Shown one piece after another: positions 59,242 through 64,000 of a stretch of 64,000 nt of DNA. The translations under genes and the position numbers were made by a program. Positions within the stretch are counted from its first letter, which is position 1. Each line of letters starts with the position of its first letter. The notes under the pieces were generated by a model that was given only the letters and a program-made list of their open reading frames with translations, ran no database searches and was not told where the DNA came from. Origin of the DNA: Candidatus Anderseniibacteriota bacterium (GTDB lineage Bacteria; Patescibacteriota; Andersenbacteria; UBA10190); contig JBBDZC010000018.1 in the NCBI GenBank assembly GCA_040900375.1, positions 567-64,566 of the forward strand, given 5' to 3'.

Positions 59242-59805
59242 ATGTCGCCCCTGTGGATTGTTATCAGTGTGCTGGTCGTTTTGGGAGGATGGTTTCTCGT
59301 TGCCTACAATTCTTTAGTCCGTCGTAATAATCAGGTTAAGGAAGCCTGGAGTGATATTGATGTGCAGCTCAAACGGCGCCATAACCTTATTCCTAATTTA
59401 GTAGAGACTGTTAAAGGTTACGCGCAGCATGAACGCGAGGCATTTGATTCGGTCACCAAAGCGCGGGCCCAAGCTTTGGGGGCAAGTACGCCGGCCGAGC
59501 ACGCTCAAGCTGAAAACATGCTCACAAATTCGCTCAAGTCCCTCTTTGCCGTGGCGGAAGCTTATCCAGAACTTAAAGCCAACACGAATTTTCTCGAGCT
59601 GCAACGAGAATTAGCTGACACAGAAAATAAAGTGATGGCGGCGCACCGGTTTTATAACAGCAATGTGCGTGACTACAACACGGTTGTCCAGTCAGTGCCC
59701 ACGAATGTCATCGCCAGTCTCTTTGGCTTTAAGGAGCATGAATTCTTCGAATTGGATGACGAGGCCGCGCGCTCGGTGCCAAACATCAGCTTCACAAATA
59801 AATAG
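59242..59805 (+). CDS. lemA: LemA family protein
   Basis: N-terminal transmembrane segment, then YNSLVRRNNQVKEAWSDIDVQLKRRHNLIPNLVETVKGYAQHEREAFDSVTKAR, typical of LemA. 187 aa. Confidence 0.85.
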   Translation: MSPLWIVISVLVVLGGWFLVAYNSLVRRNNQVKEAWSDIDVQLKRRHNLIPNLVETVKGYAQHEREAFDSVTKARAQALGASTPAEHAQAENMLTNSLKSLFAVAEAYPELKANTNFLELQRELADTENKVMAAHRFYNSNVRDYNTVVQSVPTNVIASLFGFKEHEFFELDDEAARSVPNISFTNK

Positions 59806-59871
59806 GCAATTACCCCTGCTCACTAAAGCGCGTTGCGCTTTTTTTGGTGCTAGTTATGCTTCTAATTACTA

Positions 59872-60777
59872 TTGCTAGCAACTATGGCGACGCTCTACGA
59901 ACAGATCAGTACAAACAAAATTAGATCATTCATCTTAATGGTCGTGGTCTTAGTGGTGGTCATTGGCCTCGTGGGACTCTACTCCTACGCGGTCCGGGGC
60001 GATTTATCGCTGCCAATCCTCGCCGCCATTATCGCCATTCCCAGCGCCCTCATTGGTTACTTCGCGGGTGATAAAATTGCGTTGGCCAGCAACGGCGCCA
60101 AGCCGCTGCCTGATGAAGCGGCACCTGATCTTCATAATGTGATCGAGAATCTGGCCATTACCGCCGGCATTCCGAAACCAAAGCTCTACCTCATTGATTC
60201 ACCGGCGCTCAATGCGTTTGCTACAGGCCGAGATCCTAAGCACGCCTCCATCGCGGTCACACGGGGATTAGTTGAGCGCTTGGAACGCAGCGAACTGGAA
60301 GGCGTCTTAGCCCACGAGCTGGCCCACGTCAAAAATTATGATATTCGCTTTGGCACCTTAGTAGCGATCTTTGTGGGCTTTGTGGTGATTCTGGCTGATC
60401 TTTTTATGCGCGCTTCGTTGTGGGGCGGTTTGCGCACGCGTGGTGACCGCGAGCACGGGCAAGCCGGTGGTATTCTAGCACTGGTGGGTCTCGTGTTGCT
60501 GATCGTCTCTCCGATTATCGTCAAACTGATTCAACTGGCCGTCTCGCGGCAGCGAGAATATTTAGCGGACGCTTCGGGAGCGCTCTTAACACGCTACCCG
60601 GAAGGGTTGGCCTCCGCCCTAGAAAAAATCAGTGCCTCGCCCCCTCTGGAAACCGCCGGCAATGCGACGGCGCATTTGTATATTGCCAATCCCTTCCGGG
60701 CACGCACTATCGCGCACCTCTTTGCCACTCATCCCCCTATTGAAGAACGGATCCGACGACTGCGCGAGTCAGTCTAG
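59872..60777 (+). CDS. htpX: M48-family zinc metalloprotease (HtpX-like)
   Basis: HEXXH motif in VLAHELAHVKNYD, four transmembrane segments, and a third zinc-ligand Glu region (REYLADASG). 301 aa. Confidence 0.8.
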   Translation: MLATMATLYEQISTNKIRSFILMVVVLVVVIGLVGLYSYAVRGDLSLPILAAIIAIPSALIGYFAGDKIALASNGAKPLPDEAAPDLHNVIENLAITAGIPKPKLYLIDSPALNAFATGRDPKHASIAVTRGLVERLERSELEGVLAHELAHVKNYDIRFGTLVAIFVGFVVILADLFMRASLWGGLRTRGDREHGQAGGILALVGLVLLIVSPIIVKLIQLAVSRQREYLADASGALLTRYPEGLASALEKISASPPLETAGNATAHLYIANPFRARTIAHLFATHPPIEERIRRLRESV

Positions 60778-61262
60778 GATTTAAAAAGATACGCGGTAAC
60801 CAGAGCAGGAGAAAATCCGCGTGCTAATAAAAACCGTCCGAGTTTTTCTCTACTACCCGCAGTGGGGACATGAGTTTTTTGCCATTGCTGGGCCGCGCGC
60901 TCGAGCAGGTTTTTTTCCGCGGCGGCGGGGAGGGTTCCGGCCAGCGTGTCAGCAATAATCTCGGCCGCTATCCCTCGCTCTTTAAGCTTCCCGCGCAGCC
61001 AGCGAGGACCTACCGCCTTGGTCCGTAGCACGCTGACGCTATAGTCGTGAGCAAACTGCGCATCATTGAGTAATTTTTTGTTCTTTAGCCAGGCTGTCAC
61101 CGCCTCAATCTGCGCGGGGGAAAACTGCTTGCGCGCTAATTTATGGCGCATTTCCGCCTCGGAATGGTCGCGGCGGCTTAAAATAGCTTGCGCCTGATAA
61201 TAGGGATCATTATGCTGGCTGGGCGATGACATTGGCGACATTATGTAATCGTACTGTAACAC
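60774..61262 (-). CDS. recX: RecA regulator RecX
   Basis: Three-helix repeat pattern (SEAEMRHKLARKQFSPAQIEAVTAWLKNKKLLNDAQFAHDYSVSVLRTKAVGPRWLRGKLKERGIAAEII). 162 aa. Shares a 4-nt ctag stop overlap with the convergent htpX-like gene. Confidence 0.6.
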   Translation of the reverse strand: MLQYDYIMSPMSSPSQHNDPYYQAQAILSRRDHSEAEMRHKLARKQFSPAQIEAVTAWLKNKKLLNDAQFAHDYSVSVLRTKAVGPRWLRGKLKERGIAAEIIADTLAGTLPAAAEKNLLERAAQQWQKTHVPTAGSREKLGRFLLARGFSPALVTAYLFKS

Positions 61263-61365
61263 GCTAGAATAATATTGACAGATTACTAGACACCATATTA
61301 TCTCTACCTAATATCCGTTATACTGGTGCGTGTACTCTTACATCCCTACGCTATAAATAAAGCTC

Positions 61366-63918
61366 ATGGAAAATCCTATCCAAGATAAACTTACCAGCCG
61401 CTTAAAAAACGTTTTATCAACGGCCGCCAAAGTTTCTCAAGAACTCAAGAGCCGCCGGATTGGCACGGAGCATGTTCTCTACGGCATGATGCAAGAAACA
61501 GGCTCGCTGGCGTACAGTATTTTGAAAAAGTTTGGTTTTACACCCGAGTTTATCCGGACCCAACTTGAGCAAGCGGAGAAATCAGCCGTTTGGAAGGAAG
61601 AGCTTTCCCCCCACACCCGCGCGATTTTTGAAAAAGGAGCACGGACGGCTTTTCAATACCACCATCGGTACATTGGCACCGAGCATGTGCTCTTTGGCAT
61701 GCTGACGCTCAAGGATTCAACGGCATACAAGCTTTTGGAGAAGTCGCCGGTAGACGTCAAGGCGCTTACGCAACAAGTGCAAATTGTGCTCAAGAGCACT
61801 TCCCATTTTCCTGATCTATCAAACTTCCTTGGCATGCCCGTAGCTTTGCCGCCCGCACACCAAACACCCGCTAAGAAAGGGCGGGCCCTGCCGCCTGGCC
61901 TTACTGAAGGAGGCACGGCGAGTGATCCGCGCAAGCAGAAGACGCCGGCGATTGACTACTTTACCCAAGATTTAACTGCCGCTGCCGCTGCCGGAAAATT
62001 CGATGTCATTATTGGCCGGACAAAAGAAATTGAGCGCGTCATGAGCATTTTAAATCGCAAGACGAAGAATAACCCGATCCTGATTGGCGAACCGGGGACC
62101 GGCAAGACAGCGATTGTGACGGGCTTGGCCCAGCGTATTGCCAGTGGCCAAGTGCCGCCGAAACTTCAGGGGAAGCGAATCCTATCGCTCGATATGACCA
62201 GTATTCTGGCGGGTACGACTTTCCGCGGCGAATTTGAGGAACGGGTCAAGGAACTCATGCGAGAGTTAGAAGCAAACAAGAATACGATTCTCTTTATTGA
62301 TGAGATCCATACCATTGTCGGCGCGGGCTCGGCCGGCGGCAGTCTTGATGCGGCAAATATGCTGAAGCCGGTGCTCGCGCGGGGCGAAGTGAGTATCATC
62401 GGTGCCACGACACTTGATGAATTTCGTAAGCATGTGGAGAAAGATGCCGCCCTCGAGCGGCGCTTCCAACCAGTCCAAGTTAAAGAGCCAACGCCGGCCG
62501 AGACGATTACCATCCTTGAAGGCGCGCGTGAAGCGTACGAACAACACCATGGTTTGACCGTTACCGATGAAGCCATTCAGGCAGCCGTGGAGATGAGTGT
62601 GCGTTATATTCCTGATCGCTTCTTGCCAGATAAAGCTTTTGATTTACTCGACGAGGCCGCTGCCACCTTGCAACTAAAGATTGCGGGCAGCAACGAAGCC
62701 AAGGAAGCGCATGGTCTCAAGCAAGAATTGGAAAAGTTACGTCTCAAGAAAGAAGAAGCCATTGAAGCAGAAAACTACGAGGAGGCTCTTCAGGCAAAGC
62801 GGCAAGAAGATGCCTTAACGGAAAAATTAGCTGCTTTTGCCCGGAAAGCGACGGCGGAGAACGAAGCGAAGCGTCCATCCATTACGACAGAGAATATTGC
62901 CAAAGTAGTGGCTGATGCTACGGGGGTGCCCGTAACGCGGCTGCTGAAATCAGAATCAAAGAAGCTCGCTAAGCTCGAAGACGTTTTGCGGCAGCATGTC
63001 ATTGGTCAAGAAGAAGCAATTACAGTGGTGGCGCGCTACGTCCGGCGCAGTCGAGCGGGCATCGCTCATCCCAATCGTCCGCTGGGCTCATTCATTTTCT
63101 TGGGTCCCACCGGGGTTGGTAAGACAGAAACAGCGAAGGTCTTAGCCCGGGAGGTGTTTGAAAATGCCGAGGCTCTGATTCGCGTTGATATGTCAGAGTT
63201 TATGGAGGGCCATGCAGTCTCGCGTTTGATTGGCGCTCCGGCTGGATACGTAGGCTACGAAGAGGGCGGCAAATTAACGGAAAAGATACGGCGTCAGCCT
63301 TACTCGATTGTGCTCTTTGACGAGATCGAAAAGGCCCATCGCGACATTACTAACATTCTGCTGCAGATCTTAGACGAAGGGCAGCTGACTGATGCGCATG
63401 GCCGCACAGTCAACTTTAGGAATACCATTATTATCATGACGAGCAATATTGGTTCTGCCCAACTGGCCCAGCAAGCGCGCATGGGCTTTGCGCTCCCCGA
63501 GGAGAGCATCGCGCGCGAAGCGGCGGAGCAGCGGTACGAGGAAATGAAGGAGACGGTATTGCATGAACTCTCGGATCACATGGCCCCGGAACTGTTGGGG
63601 AGAATTGACCAAGTGGTGGTGTTCGCTCCCCTGTCGCGAAATGATCTCTTGCGCATTACTGATCTCCATGTCCGCGAACTGCAGGAACGGTTAAATATCA
63701 AACATATTAAGCTCGACGTTTCCAAGGGCGTGCGGGAGGAAATCGCTGATAAAGCGTTTGCCGTGGGCAAGGGCGCCCGGCCGATTCGGCAGATTGTCCA
63801 GGAACTCTTAGAAGATCCAATCGCTCATTCGGTGATCAGCGAAGAACTGGCCGAGGGGCAAGCTATACGCGCGAGCAAGACCGGCGGAAAAATAAAAGTT
63901 ATCCCCGGAAAAAAATAA
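61366..63918 (+). CDS. clpC: Clp/Hsp100 AAA+ chaperone, ClpC-like (two Clp_N repeats, short middle domain)
   Basis: Two Clp_N repeats (IGTEHVLYGMM, IGTEHVLFGML). AAA1 Walker A GEPGTGKTAIV, AAA2 GPTGVGKTETAK, and the sensor/GAR region. A short coiled-coil linker suggests ClpC rather than ClpB. 850 aa. Confidence 0.85.
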   Translation: MENPIQDKLTSRLKNVLSTAAKVSQELKSRRIGTEHVLYGMMQETGSLAYSILKKFGFTPEFIRTQLEQAEKSAVWKEELSPHTRAIFEKGARTAFQYHHRYIGTEHVLFGMLTLKDSTAYKLLEKSPVDVKALTQQVQIVLKSTSHFPDLSNFLGMPVALPPAHQTPAKKGRALPPGLTEGGTASDPRKQKTPAIDYFTQDLTAAAAAGKFDVIIGRTKEIERVMSILNRKTKNNPILIGEPGTGKTAIVTGLAQRIASGQVPPKLQGKRILSLDMTSILAGTTFRGEFEERVKELMRELEANKNTILFIDEIHTIVGAGSAGGSLDAANMLKPVLARGEVSIIGATTLDEFRKHVEKDAALERRFQPVQVKEPTPAETITILEGAREAYEQHHGLTVTDEAIQAAVEMSVRYIPDRFLPDKAFDLLDEAAATLQLKIAGSNEAKEAHGLKQELEKLRLKKEEAIEAENYEEALQAKRQEDALTEKLAAFARKATAENEAKRPSITTENIAKVVADATGVPVTRLLKSESKKLAKLEDVLRQHVIGQEEAITVVARYVRRSRAGIAHPNRPLGSFIFLGPTGVGKTETAKVLAREVFENAEALIRVDMSEFMEGHAVSRLIGAPAGYVGYEEGGKLTEKIRRQPYSIVLFDEIEKAHRDITNILLQILDEGQLTDAHGRTVNFRNTIIIMTSNIGSAQLAQQARMGFALPEESIAREAAEQRYEEMKETVLHELSDHMAPELLGRIDQVVVFAPLSRNDLLRITDLHVRELQERLNIKHIKLDVSKGVREEIADKAFAVGKGARPIRQIVQELLEDPIAHSVISEELAEGQAIRASKTGGKIKVIPGKK

Positions 63919-63933
63919 GGAGGAGCAAGCGTT

Positions 63934-64000
63934 GCTCTACTCGTTGGCCACAGCTCTCGGTGATATTCTGGCCCCACCCCGCTGCCTGGGGTGCCTGCGA
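63934..64000 (+). CDS. ComF/amidophosphoribosyltransferase-like protein, 5' partial (runs off window end)
   Basis: RBS aggagg at 63918-63923, then a TTG start giving LLYSLATALGDILAPPRCLGCLR. This resembles the ComFC N-terminal Zn-finger (FPPRC.GC) region. Confidence 0.35.

Overview
This 64 kb window reads as a gene-dense stretch from a small-genome, probably monoderm bacterium; a Patescibacteria/CPR-like origin is only an inference from gene content. It has no rRNA and no CRISPR array. There is no intact mobile-element gene, although one tandem MITE-like inverted-repeat element is called.

Features, in order:
- A partial secreted G8-like/beta-helix protein on the minus strand (1..2156), plus a small membrane protein.
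- A 3132-aa giant surface protein (2702..12100) built from NHL-propeller repeats, ~145-aa Thr/Gly-rich solenoid repeats, FN3 domains and a C-terminal SH3b-like domain, with near-identical intragenic DNA repeats.
- dnaE, a hypothetical membrane protein, and a tandem MITE-like inverted-repeat element in the divergent intergenic region before thrS.
- thrS, a PduO-type adenosyltransferase, miaA, gatB.
- A compact deoxynucleotide/dTMP module: folC, tandem-domain thyX, glyA, dcd, dut, a DNPH1/Rcl-like dNMP N-hydrolase, and two Tmk-family kinases (one with a degenerate P-loop), which run directly into rplA-rplK-nusG-secE.
- gyrB, pheT, pheS.
- A tRNA cluster: tRNA-Asp(GTC), an elongator-type tRNA with CAT anticodon, and an initiator-like tRNA(CAT) with an unpaired C1xC72, flanking about 400 bp of structured non-coding DNA.
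- Two GT-C (PMT/ArnT-like) membrane glycosyltransferases, gpmI, gatA-gatC-ligA.
- A ~13 kb type IV pilus locus on the minus strand: pilM/N/O, pilB, a CheY-like receiver, pilT, pilC, the second GT-C glycosyltransferase, two pilin paralogs, pilD and four minor pilins. No secretin is present.
- lemA with an M48/HtpX-like protease, recX, clpC, and a partial comF-like gene at the window end.

The most interesting items are the giant repeat adhesin and its neighbourhood, the MITE-like tandem inverted-repeat element, the deoxynucleotide/thymidylate cluster with the DNPH1-like hydrolase and the pseudo-kinase-like Tmk paralog, the secretin-less pilus locus with an embedded glycosyltransferase and response regulator, and the unusual tRNA(CAT) pair with a candidate ncRNA region.
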